Below, in pieces: positions 22,792 to 33,200 of a DNA stretch of 64,000 bases (position 1 is its first letter; each line of letters begins with the position of its first letter). Both the position numbers and the translations under genes were made by a program. Source of the stretch: an uncultured Bacteroidales bacterium. GTDB taxonomy: Bacteria > Bacteroidota > Bacteroidia > Bacteroidales > VadinHA17. Under the pieces are notes generated by a model that was not told the DNA's origin, searched no databases, and was given only the letters and a program-made list of their open reading frames with translations. The DNA is taken from positions 9,290 through 73,289 of the forward strand of contig CAWHED010000005.1 in NCBI GenBank assembly GCA_963828395.1, written 5' to 3'.

Positions 22792-24240
22792 TTATTGTAT
22801 TTGTGAATTTGCCATTAATCGATTTAGCCACGCAATGGCTGTATTGTAGTCAGCAACAGCCTCGACCTGCCTTAGTTCATAGTCGAGCATCTGCTGCTGT
22901 ACGCGCAGAACGTCGGTAAGTCCGGATGAAGATGTTGAGAAGCTTTTTAACATGAGATCGAAAGACTGTGATGCCAGCTGAGACTGATTTTTATATAGCT
23001 CCATTCTGCGCCCGGCATCACGGAACATCTGCATGGCGTTATAATATTCAGTCTGCAATGCATTGACAGATGCCTCGTAATTTTGAGATGTGGCAGTCTT
23101 CAGCAGTTCAGCCTCACTTTTCATTGCATTGTATTTTTTCCGGTATATCGGCAGAGTGACAGAAACCATTGGCATGATCATGTCCGCACCATTCATGGCA
23201 GATTTGGACATCATGTTTTTGTTGATCAATGAATAATTCAAACCCAGACCAACCATCGGATAACCCATCGAGGTAACCATTTTCTTACGCGCATCAATGG
23301 ACTGTTTTTCAAATTCAAGCATACTGAGCATAGGGTTTCTGGCAAGCATACTGTCTGACACTGCAATCAGTGATAAACCAAGTGAATCGGCAGAAAGTAT
23401 TTCGTTTGTAAAAACCGGTGAATCAGGCAGCCTGTTGAGATAACCGTTGAACAGGGCGGCAACGCTTTGTTCCTGATTTTTCAGCAAGGCTATGCTGTTT
23501 TCAAGTTCACCGGCTTCCATCTGGATCCTGTACAAGTCTGCAAGTCCTGACCCACCTGTGGAGGAACCCATCGGAGCGGTCTGCATGGCTGACACGGGTT
23601 GACCTGAATTAACTGTCACGGCTTCACCCTGACTCCTTCCCATGGGCTGCATACCTGACGCGCTGCCCGGGTTGGCCGCCGGTGAGGAAACTGATGACAT
23701 CCCGGTGCCGGACGATGTTGCACCGGCACCTCCTACAGGCCCCGACTTGAATCTTACAAGTGCAAGACGTTCGATCGTTTTCAGAATTTCAAGATTTTTT
23801 TCTGAAATACTTATGCCCTGTCTGATTTTGTACAGGTCGTACCAGGTTTTCTGAACATCATAAAAGACCTGAAGTTTGGCATCGCGGAAAAGCTCAAGTT
23901 TTGCGTTTGCCATCAGGCTCATCTCATCTTTGGCATTCTTAAGAACACCAAACCATGGAAACATCTGCATCAGCCTGATGTCAGCAACCTGGTTCCCGCT
24001 GACAAGCTCCATCGGCTTCAGAAACACCCCAAGACTTAACTCGGGATCTGACAGACTCCCGACCTGCGGAATTTTTTGAAGGGCTATCTGGTACTCAGTG
24101 AATTTCTGCAACACGGCAGGATTGTTTTTAGCAGCGATCTCCAGGTACTGAAGAAGCGAATCAGGATACTGCTGGCCCTGACTCACAAGCCAGCTGCCCG
24201 ACACAATTACTGTAAGCAGTATTTTTTTATATGTTTTCAT
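22792..24240 (-). CDS. TolC-family outer membrane efflux protein with a Met/Ser/Gly-rich insert
   Basis: The signal peptide is MKTYKKILLTVIVSGSWLVSQGQ, followed by two OEP-type repeats. The start overlaps the CusA stop. Confidence 0.85.
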   Translation of the reverse strand: MKTYKKILLTVIVSGSWLVSQGQQYPDSLLQYLEIAAKNNPAVLQKFTEYQIALQKIPQVGSLSDPELSLGVFLKPMELVSGNQVADIRLMQMFPWFGVLKNAKDEMSLMANAKLELFRDAKLQVFYDVQKTWYDLYKIRQGISISEKNLEILKTIERLALVRFKSGPVGGAGATSSGTGMSSVSSPAANPGSASGMQPMGRSQGEAVTVNSGQPVSAMQTAPMGSSTGGSGLADLYRIQMEAGELENSIALLKNQEQSVAALFNGYLNRLPDSPVFTNEILSADSLGLSLIAVSDSMLARNPMLSMLEFEKQSIDARKKMVTSMGYPMVGLGLNYSLINKNMMSKSAMNGADMIMPMVSVTLPIYRKKYNAMKSEAELLKTATSQNYEASVNALQTEYYNAMQMFRDAGRRMELYKNQSQLASQSFDLMLKSFSTSSSGLTDVLRVQQQMLDYELRQVEAVADYNTAIAWLNRLMANSQIQ

Positions 24241-27200
24241 TTTTATTTTCCGGTTGATTATCAATAACCTGGTCAGCCAAAATGTGTTTATGACTTACGG
24301 CTCTTTCCCTCCACATAGCCTGAAACAGGGGCACGACGAAAATTGTCATTACCTGTATTATCATTCCTCCGAACATCGGGATGGCCATCGGGACCATAAT
24401 GTCTGCTCCTTTCCCTGTAGATGATAGTACGGGAAGCAGTGCAATTACAGCGACAGCCGTGGTCATCATAGCCGGACGTACCCTTTTTTTCCCGGCCATG
24501 ACCACGGCTTCACGGACATCATGGACGTTACCGGGTTTTTGATTTTCAAACACCTGATGAATATACGTACCCATAATCACACCGTCGTTTGTGGCAATAC
24601 CGAAAAGAGCAATAAAACCGACCCAAACCGCTACACTCAGGTTAATGGTATGCATCTGGAACATATCCCGGAGGTTTAATCCTGCAACGGAGAAGTTCAT
24701 GAACCAGTCCTGTCCGTATAGCCACAGCATCAGGAAGCCGCCCGAAAAAGCTACAAAAACACCCGAGAAATGAATGAATGATGCCGTAATAGTACGGAAC
24801 TGGAAAAACAATAAAAGAAAGATAATCATGAGGCTTACGGGGATGACAATGGCCAGTCTCTTTGTTGCTCTTATCTGATTTTCATAATTCCCCGCAAATT
24901 TGTAAGTCACTCCGGCAGGAAGCGTAATTTCTCCGGAGTCAATTTTGCCCTTCAATACCTCCGTGGCTTCTTCTACCACATCAACCTCGGCTTTTCCTTC
25001 CAGTTTATCAAAGATGACATACCCGACAAGGAAGGTATTTTCACTCCTGATCATCTGGGCGCCACGGGTATAATCAATATCCGCTATTTCCCCGAGAGGT
25101 ATCTGGGAGCCATTCATTGCCGGAACAAGGATCCGTTTCAGGTCTTCCGGGTTATCACGCAGCTCACGGGCGTATCTTACTCTTAACGGGAATCGTTCCC
25201 TGCCTTCGACCGAGGTTGAAAGTGTCATTCCACCGACGGCAACCTGTAATATTTCCTGAACCTCGCTTACCGTCATTCCATAACGGGCCATTGCTTCCCG
25301 GTTAAGTTTTATCTCAAGATAGGGTGCACCGACGGCGCGGTCGTAGAACACTGCGGAAGCTTTAACTGACGGCACCTCTTTCAGCGCCTTCTCGAGCGCC
25401 AACCCCGCTTCTTCAATTTTATCAAGATCCGGGCCGTACACCTTTAGGCCCATCGGGGCACGCATACCTGTTGAAAGCATGACAAGCCGTGTCTCTATGG
25501 GCTGAAGTTTGGGAGCAGAGGTCAGACCCGGTATATCCGTCACTTTGACAATCTCATTCCATATATCAAGGGGTTTTCTGATCTGCGGCCGCCACTGCCT
25601 GAAATACTCTCCCTTTTTATCCGGAATGAGGCTATCAGCCGGAATAACCCTGAATGCTTCTTTCTGAGGATTGTAAGTCGTGCCGTCGCTAAGGAGATAG
25701 CTGCCGTCCCTGTCGACTTTGAACTGCCTGCGATGACCGTTCTCATCCAGAATATATTCGGAACGGTAATTGATAGTATTTTCGAACATCTGTACCGGTG
25801 CAGGATCAAGGGCGGAGTTTACCCGTCCCCATTTCCCTACGGCCACCTCTACCTCAGGTATGGCTGACAGCCGTTTATCAAGTGTCTCGATATATTTAAG
25901 GTTCATCTCAATACCGGTATGCGGCATGCTTGTAGGCATCAGAAGATACGATCCCTCTGAAAGTGACGGCATGAATTCCTTGCCGGTGCCGGGGAATGCC
26001 CTTACTGCACCCTGCCAGGCTGATGTCTGCCGGAAACTTTTCCATCCGGCTTTTTCGGCTCCGGAAGCAATAAAACCAAATATTTTATCCACACCCTGCC
26101 ATACCAGGAGGCCAAAAAACAAAGTAAAAGCCGGTATCATCAGGAACTTCCATTTATTGCGCAATGCCCACCGGAGTATCTTTTCGTAATAATGGACCAG
26201 AGACATCAGGGCGAACAGAATTACCGCTACAATACCGGCAACGAATAAAAAGTTAGCGATCCGGCTGTTGTGGGCGCCAAGCGGCAGCCATTCAACGGAC
26301 AGATACCATGTTGCAACCAGTACAGTGAGGCCAATGTTGATATAGTTTGGATATTCCCTGCGTTTTTCAGGCCACCTGTAATCAAGAAGGTTATTTATTC
26401 CCAATGCAGTTAAGGCCAGTACCGGCCATGTGTGCCAGATAATCGCGAAAACTATCCCGGCAACTATCAAAGCGCCGTTCCATATCTTCTTAATTTTCTT
26501 AGCATCAAAACGGATATTGAAGAAAATATGCACAAGTGTTGGCAGTACAACTATTCCCAGCAGGAATGCCGCAATAAGGGCAAAGGTCTTTGTCCAGGCA
26601 AGAGGGTGGAACATTTTCCCCTCCTGTGCCTGCATTGCGAAGACGGGAAGAAAACTTACTATTGTGGTTGCAATGGATGTGACAACGGCAGCCCTGACCT
26701 CCGTTGTTGCATCGTAAATCACCTGCATTAGTTTTTTACCGCGTATTCCCTTATTCTCAGGCATTTCGAGATGCCTGAGAATATTCTCCACATCAACAAT
26801 CCCGATATCAACCATTACACCAATAGCTATGGCAATTCCTGACAGGGCTACAATATTGGCATCAATGCCGAAAAAGCGCATCAGAATAAAAGTCATTAAA
26901 ACGCCTAACGGCAATAACCCGGCTACAATCAGTGAAGCCCTGAGGTTTATCACCAGGACAATAATCACGATTATAGCAATGAGGATTTCGTGTGAGAGGG
27001 CAGACTGAAGGGTTCCGATTGTTTCCTTAATGAGTCCTGTCCTGTCATAAAAAGGTACTATGGTGACTTTTGAAACGGATCCGTCAGGCAGTGTTTTTTG
27101 AGGCAATCCGGCTTCAATTTCCTTTATTTTATCTTTAACATTATTAATTACCTCCATCGGGTTTGAGCCATATCTGGCAACTACAACTGCTCCGACGGCT

Positions 27201-28099
27201 TCCGAACCTGATTTATCAAGGCCTCCGCGGCGCGGGGCAGGGCCAAAAGATACATTTGCCACATCCTTAATTCGTACCGGAACATTGTTCCGGGCCGCAA
27301 CGACAGATAATTCAAGGTCATTAAGGCTCCTGACATAACCCAGTCCGCGAATGATATACTCCACGTTATTCAGCTCAATGGTCTCAGCGCCGATATCGAG
27401 GTTGCTGTTCTTAACGGCATTCATGACATCCATGACGGATACATTGTAAGCCTTAAGGGCATTAGGGTCAAGATCAACCTGGTATTCTTTGGTAAAGCCT
27501 CCGGCTGATGCTACTTCGGAGACTCCCTCTGCGGCTGAAAGGCTGTATTTAACGTAAAAATCCTGGATGGTCTTGAGTTCTGCGGGATCCCAGCCTCCGT
27601 TAGGTTTTCCGGTTTTCGGGTCGCGTCCTTCAAGAGTATACCAGAATATCTGACCCAGGGCGGTTGCGTCCGGGCCGAGGGTTGGCTGCACTCCCTCAGG
27701 TAATGTTCCCGGAGGCAGGGAATTAAGTTTTTCAAGGATCCTTGACCTGCTCCAGTAGAACTCTGCATTATCTTTGAATATGATGTAGATGAATGACATC
27801 CCGAACATGGATGTGCTTCGGATTGTCTGAACACCCGGGATCCCAAGGAGGGCTGTGGTCAGCGGATAACTTATCTGGTCCTGGATATCCTTCGGTGACC
27901 GCCCCATCCATTCGGTAGCAACTATCTGCTGATTCTCGCCTATATCGGGAATTGCGTCAACCGGCACAGGGTTACGGGGCAGAAAACCCGTCTTCCATTC
28001 AAACGGTGCGGTGACCAGGCCCAGGATGACAAAGGCTGCCAGAAGGATAAATGTCACCAGCCTGTTGTAGAGAAAATATTTTACTAACCGGTTAAACAT
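24227..28099 (-). CDS. CusA/CzcA-family heavy-metal efflux RND permease (1290 aa, extended form)
   Basis: The N-terminus MFNRLVKYFLYNRLVTFILL and conserved RND blocks are present, for example GIAIAIGVMVDIGIVDVENI and GIATNDGVIMGTY. It is intact. Confidence 0.9.
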   Translation of the reverse strand: MFNRLVKYFLYNRLVTFILLAAFVILGLVTAPFEWKTGFLPRNPVPVDAIPDIGENQQIVATEWMGRSPKDIQDQISYPLTTALLGIPGVQTIRSTSMFGMSFIYIIFKDNAEFYWSRSRILEKLNSLPPGTLPEGVQPTLGPDATALGQIFWYTLEGRDPKTGKPNGGWDPAELKTIQDFYVKYSLSAAEGVSEVASAGGFTKEYQVDLDPNALKAYNVSVMDVMNAVKNSNLDIGAETIELNNVEYIIRGLGYVRSLNDLELSVVAARNNVPVRIKDVANVSFGPAPRRGGLDKSGSEAVGAVVVARYGSNPMEVINNVKDKIKEIEAGLPQKTLPDGSVSKVTIVPFYDRTGLIKETIGTLQSALSHEILIAIIVIIVLVINLRASLIVAGLLPLGVLMTFILMRFFGIDANIVALSGIAIAIGVMVDIGIVDVENILRHLEMPENKGIRGKKLMQVIYDATTEVRAAVVTSIATTIVSFLPVFAMQAQEGKMFHPLAWTKTFALIAAFLLGIVVLPTLVHIFFNIRFDAKKIKKIWNGALIVAGIVFAIIWHTWPVLALTALGINNLLDYRWPEKRREYPNYINIGLTVLVATWYLSVEWLPLGAHNSRIANFLFVAGIVAVILFALMSLVHYYEKILRWALRNKWKFLMIPAFTLFFGLLVWQGVDKIFGFIASGAEKAGWKSFRQTSAWQGAVRAFPGTGKEFMPSLSEGSYLLMPTSMPHTGIEMNLKYIETLDKRLSAIPEVEVAVGKWGRVNSALDPAPVQMFENTINYRSEYILDENGHRRQFKVDRDGSYLLSDGTTYNPQKEAFRVIPADSLIPDKKGEYFRQWRPQIRKPLDIWNEIVKVTDIPGLTSAPKLQPIETRLVMLSTGMRAPMGLKVYGPDLDKIEEAGLALEKALKEVPSVKASAVFYDRAVGAPYLEIKLNREAMARYGMTVSEVQEILQVAVGGMTLSTSVEGRERFPLRVRYARELRDNPEDLKRILVPAMNGSQIPLGEIADIDYTRGAQMIRSENTFLVGYVIFDKLEGKAEVDVVEEATEVLKGKIDSGEITLPAGVTYKFAGNYENQIRATKRLAIVIPVSLMIIFLLLFFQFRTITASFIHFSGVFVAFSGGFLMLWLYGQDWFMNFSVAGLNLRDMFQMHTINLSVAVWVGFIALFGIATNDGVIMGTYIHQVFENQKPGNVHDVREAVVMAGKKRVRPAMMTTAVAVIALLPVLSSTGKGADIMVPMAIPMFGGMIIQVMTIFVVPLFQAMWRERAVSHKHILADQVIDNQPENKNENI

Positions 28100-28120
28100 A
28101 TTACGCTTTTAAATGAAAAT

Positions 28121-28156
28121 AACCTGAAAATCCGGGCAGGTCTTACTGCCCGGATT
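28121..28156 (-). terminator. hairpin plus U-tract between the HMA gene and cusA (terminator or attenuator)
   Basis: The minus strand reads AUCCGGGCA-GUAAGACC-UGCCCGGAU followed by UUUCAGGUUAUUUUC. It ends about 22 nt before the cusA ATG. Confidence 0.5.
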
Positions 28157-28173
28157 ATAGGAAGAACACCTTA

Positions 28174-28530
28174 TCAGTTCCACCTTTCATAATGGCAACA
28201 TCCCGGCAGATTGGCATATACTGCATCATCGGCCCTGTATTTCTCAGTGTCGTGACCTGCTGCTGCGGCAATTTTCCGGATGCCATCACTGGTGACCAAA
28301 GCAGGATTGTATGTGACCTTCAGAATCTGTGTCTCCGGGCTCCATACAGCTTCAGTTATGCCATCAATCTTCATGGCGTCTTCAATGCGTGTCTTACACA
28401 TACCACATTCCCCGAGAACCTTTATCTCCTCAGTTTTGGATGTGACTTTTTTATTCTGGTTCTGAGAATTACAGCCTGTAACCAGCAGTACCGCAATGAA
28501 AGTTACGAAAATTAGCTTTATTGTTTTCAT
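28174..28530 (-). CDS. heavy-metal-associated (HMA) domain lipoprotein, metallochaperone-like
   Basis: The lipobox is LLVTGC, and the HMA motif is GECGMCKTRIEDAM. Confidence 0.85.
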   Translation of the reverse strand: MKTIKLIFVTFIAVLLVTGCNSQNQNKKVTSKTEEIKVLGECGMCKTRIEDAMKIDGITEAVWSPETQILKVTYNPALVTSDGIRKIAAAAGHDTEKYRADDAVYANLPGCCHYERWN

Positions 28531-28622
28531 GTGATTTATGAATTAAATTAATAGATAATAATAAAATAACGATACTGCGCATCGTCTGACGACGGGCACA
28601 GCAATTTGAACCGATAGGGAAA

Positions 28623-29039
28623 TCAGATACGGAAAATGCAGAGGATACTCTGCTGGTCAGGAAGAAAGAGGTTAGAGCCCGGAGGACCGGCATCATTGAC
28701 TGCAATAAGGTTCCTGAATGAATTGAAAAGGCTTACCTCAGGCGCCTGGCAAAGTATATTGGTAAGTGAGTAAAGAGGTTTGTCAATCATCAGTATGCTT
28801 GAGATGCTGTAGTCGCTCACGCTGAATTTTGACATCTCATTGTGGCAGCAATTCTCTCTGAATACAGTCATATTGGTGCATTCCATATCGTCTTCCTCCA
28901 TGCCACAGGAAGCCTTCTTGTCATCAATAGCCAATCTGACATCAACAACCGCACCTCCGCAGAAGTGCCGGTCAATGGTCAACCCCATCGCTGAACTCAG
29001 GATCAGAAGAATTACCAATATTGATGCTGCTCTTGTCAT
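28623..29039 (-). CDS. small secreted Cys-motif protein (HxC ... CC ... PP pattern)
   Basis: 138 aa with a signal peptide, then DRHFCGG, ENCCHNE and AGPPGS. From memory this resembles the family NCBI names HYC_CC_PP. I cannot verify that here. Confidence 0.6.
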   Translation of the reverse strand: MTRAASILVILLILSSAMGLTIDRHFCGGAVVDVRLAIDDKKASCGMEEDDMECTNMTVFRENCCHNEMSKFSVSDYSISSILMIDKPLYSLTNILCQAPEVSLFNSFRNLIAVNDAGPPGSNLFLPDQQSILCIFRI

Positions 29040-29097
29040 TCAGATTAAGAACGTTTATATCGGAGAAATGTTCTCCGAAATTACGGTTTTCTGTTAT

Positions 29098-30283
29098 TCA
29101 GCAGGCCATCTCACCTGCATTCTTTTTTGCCGAGAGAAGATTATATGCACCTTTTATAACGACAATGGCAGTATTTAATTCGAAGCCTTCGGGTAATTCA
29201 ACTTCTGTATATCCATCCTGTGATACGCCTTTTTGTACTTCAACCATCCGATATTCAGTAAAAGGCTTCCCGTCTTCTTCCTTATTCCTGTCAAAAACAA
29301 AAATATAATCCTTATCATCAAAACTGACCACAGCCTCCGAAGGAAGAGCTGTAACAAGAGTATCAGATTCTTCTATCAATGCATTCACATACATCCCCGG
29401 CAAAGCATTTTTACAGGGTTTTGGTACAGTAGCATAAACTCTTAATGTTTTGTCATCACTGATCGATTTTCCGGTTTGAGAGATCGTTGCTTCATGAGCT
29501 TCAGTTTCATTATTAATGAAGAATCTTATTTTCTGACCCGCAACAACCTTGTCAGCGTCCTTTTCAAAAAGAGTTAGTTCCAGAAAGAGCTTATCACTGT
29601 TCAAGATTTCAAACAGCACATCTGTTGGTGCGACATATTTCCCTATGTTGATATTTACCGATTTAAGGTAACCGGTGATTGGGGATCTAAGGCTCACGGT
29701 GCTGCTGATATTGGTTTCATTAAGGCTGCCCGGATCAATTCCAATAAGAATGAGTTTCTGCTCAAGCGATCTTACAAGGGCCACTAAGTTCTTATACTCA
29801 ACAGTAACCTGCTGCAAATTCTTTTCTGAATATACCTCATCATTATATAAATCAGTATGACGCTTATATTCCGCTTCAGCGTATACCAGCCTGTTTTTTG
29901 CCTCCAGGTAATTTTGCTGTATGTCAACAAAATCCTGGTTTTCTATTATTGCAAGCGTCTGACCTTTGCTGACAAAATTACCCGCAATGAGCGTAGTGCT
30001 TTTAATGAATCCGCCGAGCGGCATAGAAACGGTTGCCTGGTTTTGAGGTGCAACAGAAATGATGCCATTTACTTTGAGGGTACTGCCCACTGATCTCATC
30101 TCGATTGAACCAGTCTGAATGCCTGCAAGTTTTATCTGATCTTCCCGCATTTCGACAATATTTTCCGGAAGGACTTCAACCTCTGTTGATTCAGTGGAAG
30201 GCTTATTATTCCCCGGTACAAGAGCCTAATAACATTAAAGTTACACAAATGAAAAGTGATACTTTATAATTTGATTTTTTCAT
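29098..30283 (-). pseudogene. efflux RND periplasmic adaptor (CzcB-like lipoprotein), one frameshift
   Basis: The ATG at 30283 opens MKKSNYKVSLFICVTLMLLGSCTG. Removing one base from the C4 run at 30211-30214 joins it to NNKPSTESTEVEVLPENIVEMREDQIKLAGIQTG in ORF 29098..30150. The 1186 nt equal 3n+1. Confidence 0.85.
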
Positions 30284-30295
30284 GATATCTGAAAT

Positions 30296-33200
30296 TTAAA
30301 ATATTTTACCCGAGATATATTCAATTGAGATAATAGTCTGGTTAAAACTATTAAGTGCATCAAGATAATTTTGTTTGATAGTCAGTGCTCTGTTCAGCGT
30401 GAGTACGTAGTCCAGGTAATCCAGGGCTCCGGCTTTATAACTACGGGTTGCCTGTTGAATTATCAGATCAGCCTCAGGCACAGCCTGATTTTCATAAAAA
30501 TCTACATTTGAAGAGTACTTATTATACTCATCAAGTAAGGATTGATAGTTGCCTGAAATTGACCTGGTGTAGTTTTCAGCATCCGTTTGCGCTATGTTTG
30601 CAGCTATTTTCGCAGCTTTTGCCTTCGATGCATATGGGAAAAACCACAATGGAACAGTAATTCCTGCCCGGACACCGTCAAATCGATTATCTTTTCCGAA
30701 ATTTTGCGGTACCCCATTAACATCCTGTGTCCCGATGATCGTCTGGCTGAAGTAGCCGACATTTAAATCAGGCCAAGCCTGGCTTTGTTCAAGTTTGGTC
30801 TCGATCTGAGAAACTTCGACCTGTTGCTTCAGGTAACCCAGAAATGGATTCTGTTCAACCGAACCGCTGTCAGGATTAAATTCAAAATCGATCCGCTGCA
30901 GCTCCTGAACTGCTGGTATCAGAGCGGACTTACTATTAAGCAACACCGTAAGTTTGCGACTGCTGATCCCGATATCAGCGGATACGAGATACAACTGATT
31001 TTTGATTTCAAGGCTTTGTGAACGGGCGGTTATCATTTCGAGTCGATTTGTCTCACCCGCTTTTGCCCTTAGTTCTGCAGCTCTTAATAACCCGGAATAC
31101 AGGCTATCCTGATAGGATATCAGTTTCTGCTTTGACAACAGATATGCATATTGCCAGTAAACCTGCTTAACCTGTGTGGCTATTTCAAGCCGGGTAGCTT
31201 TATATTGCCATTCCTGGCTCCTGATATTTGCATTGGCCAGTCTGCTGCGATTTATGTACACTGCAGGAAATGCAAATGATTGAGAAACAGTAATGCTGTT
31301 GTCGTTTGAATAAGAATTAAATTGTCCGTACTCACCGTCAATTGTTGTTTTTGGAAGATCAATTACAGCTCCCTTAAGAGCTTTCTGAACATCTACGGAA
31401 AGTGCAGCTGACCTAACAGACAGATTACTGTCCAACGCCATCTGAATTGCATCATTCAGAGTAATGACCCTGGCTTGCTGGCCATTTACAGTTCCCAGGG
31501 CGGATGTTAACCCTAAAAACAGAATAATAACTCCTGATTTTTTTGAAAGCATGCCTTTTATTCTGAATTTGTGTTTAGTTGAGGAAGAAATGATGTAAAA
31601 AACAGGAAGTATGATCAATGTAAGGAGGGTTGCAGTAATAAGTCCGCCTATAACAACCGTAGCCAGGGGTCTTTGGACTTCTGCTCCGGCTGAAGTTGAG
31701 AGAGCCATTGGCAAAAATCCAAGAGAAGCCACTGCGGCAGTCATAATTACCGGCCGCAATCTTGTCTGAAGACCTTTCAGAACGCGTTCAGTTATATCTG
31801 TGACACCCTCTTTTTCCAGCCTGTTAAATTCAGCAATCAATACGATGCCGTTAAGAACGGCAACGCCGAATAATGCTATGAAACCAACACCTGCAGAAAT
31901 TGAGAAGTTCATCCCGCGAATCCACAAGGCAAACACTCCGCCAATAGCAGCCATAGGCACTGCTGTAAAAATCAAAAGAGATTGTTTCACGGAATTAAAC
32001 GCAAAATAAAGAAGCACAAAAATCAGGAGCAATGCGGCAGGAAGCGCAATGGATAGTCTTTTCTGAGCAGCTTCAAGCTTCTCAAACTCACCTCCGTATG
32101 AAATGAAATAACCGGCAGGCAATTGTATGCGTTCTTCAATCTGATCCTTCACATCATTGATTACGCTTTTCATATCACGGTTACGGACATTGAATCCTAT
32201 TGTTATCCTTCTTTTCGTATTTTCCCTTGAAACCTGGGCCGGACCTGATTTAACCGAAATGTCAGCCAGTTGTTCAAATGGGATCTGGTGGCCGTCAGGC
32301 AGGGCAACGGAAAGGTTATTAACATCATCCAGATTCTGCCGGTAATCTTTATCCAGGCGAACAACTAACCCGAAGCGTTTTTCTTCATCGTATACTACTC
32401 CTGCCTGACTTCCGGCGAAAGCTGCACGTAATACCCGGTTGGCATCCTCTACAGATAATCCGTATTGCGCCAGGCGGTCACGATTATATTCAACCTGAAC
32501 CTGTGCAAGACCTGTGACTTTTTCTACATTTATATCTTCCACACCGGCAATGGTCTGAATTATTTTTTCGACCTCAGCAGCCTTTTCGGAAAGCATGATC
32601 AGATTATCACCAAATATCTTGACAGCTATATCCTGTTTGGAACCGGTCATCAACTCATTAAATCTCATCTGAATAGGTTGCTGAAATCCGAATTTGACGC
32701 CTGCCAGCGGAATCAGGCTTTCTTCCATTTTGCTTACAAGCTCTTCACGTGAGGTAGCTGAGACCCATTCACTTTTATCTTTCAGAGTGATGATATAATC
32801 TCCGGTTTCCATCGGAGTCGGATCTGTGGGTATTTCACCGGCGCCTATTTTACAAACGGTATGCTTGATTTCCGGAAAGGTTTCAAGTAATATTTTGTTT
32901 GCTTTTATAACATTATCCACCGTATTTGTCAATGATCCTCCCTGGAGTGTAATAACACTTGACGCGAGATCACCCTCTTCAAGCTGTGGTATGAATTCTC
33001 CACCCAACCGGTTGAACAGTATAAGGCTGAATAAAAACAAGGTAATAGCTGAAACAGAGACCAGAAGCTTTTTTTTAAGTGCAAATGCAATAGCAGGATT
33101 AAATATTTTATTGATCCAGCCCATGAGCCGGTCAGAGAAATTTGGTTTATGACCCGTGTCCTTGCTAAGGAACAATGCCGAAGCCATTGGTACATATGTC

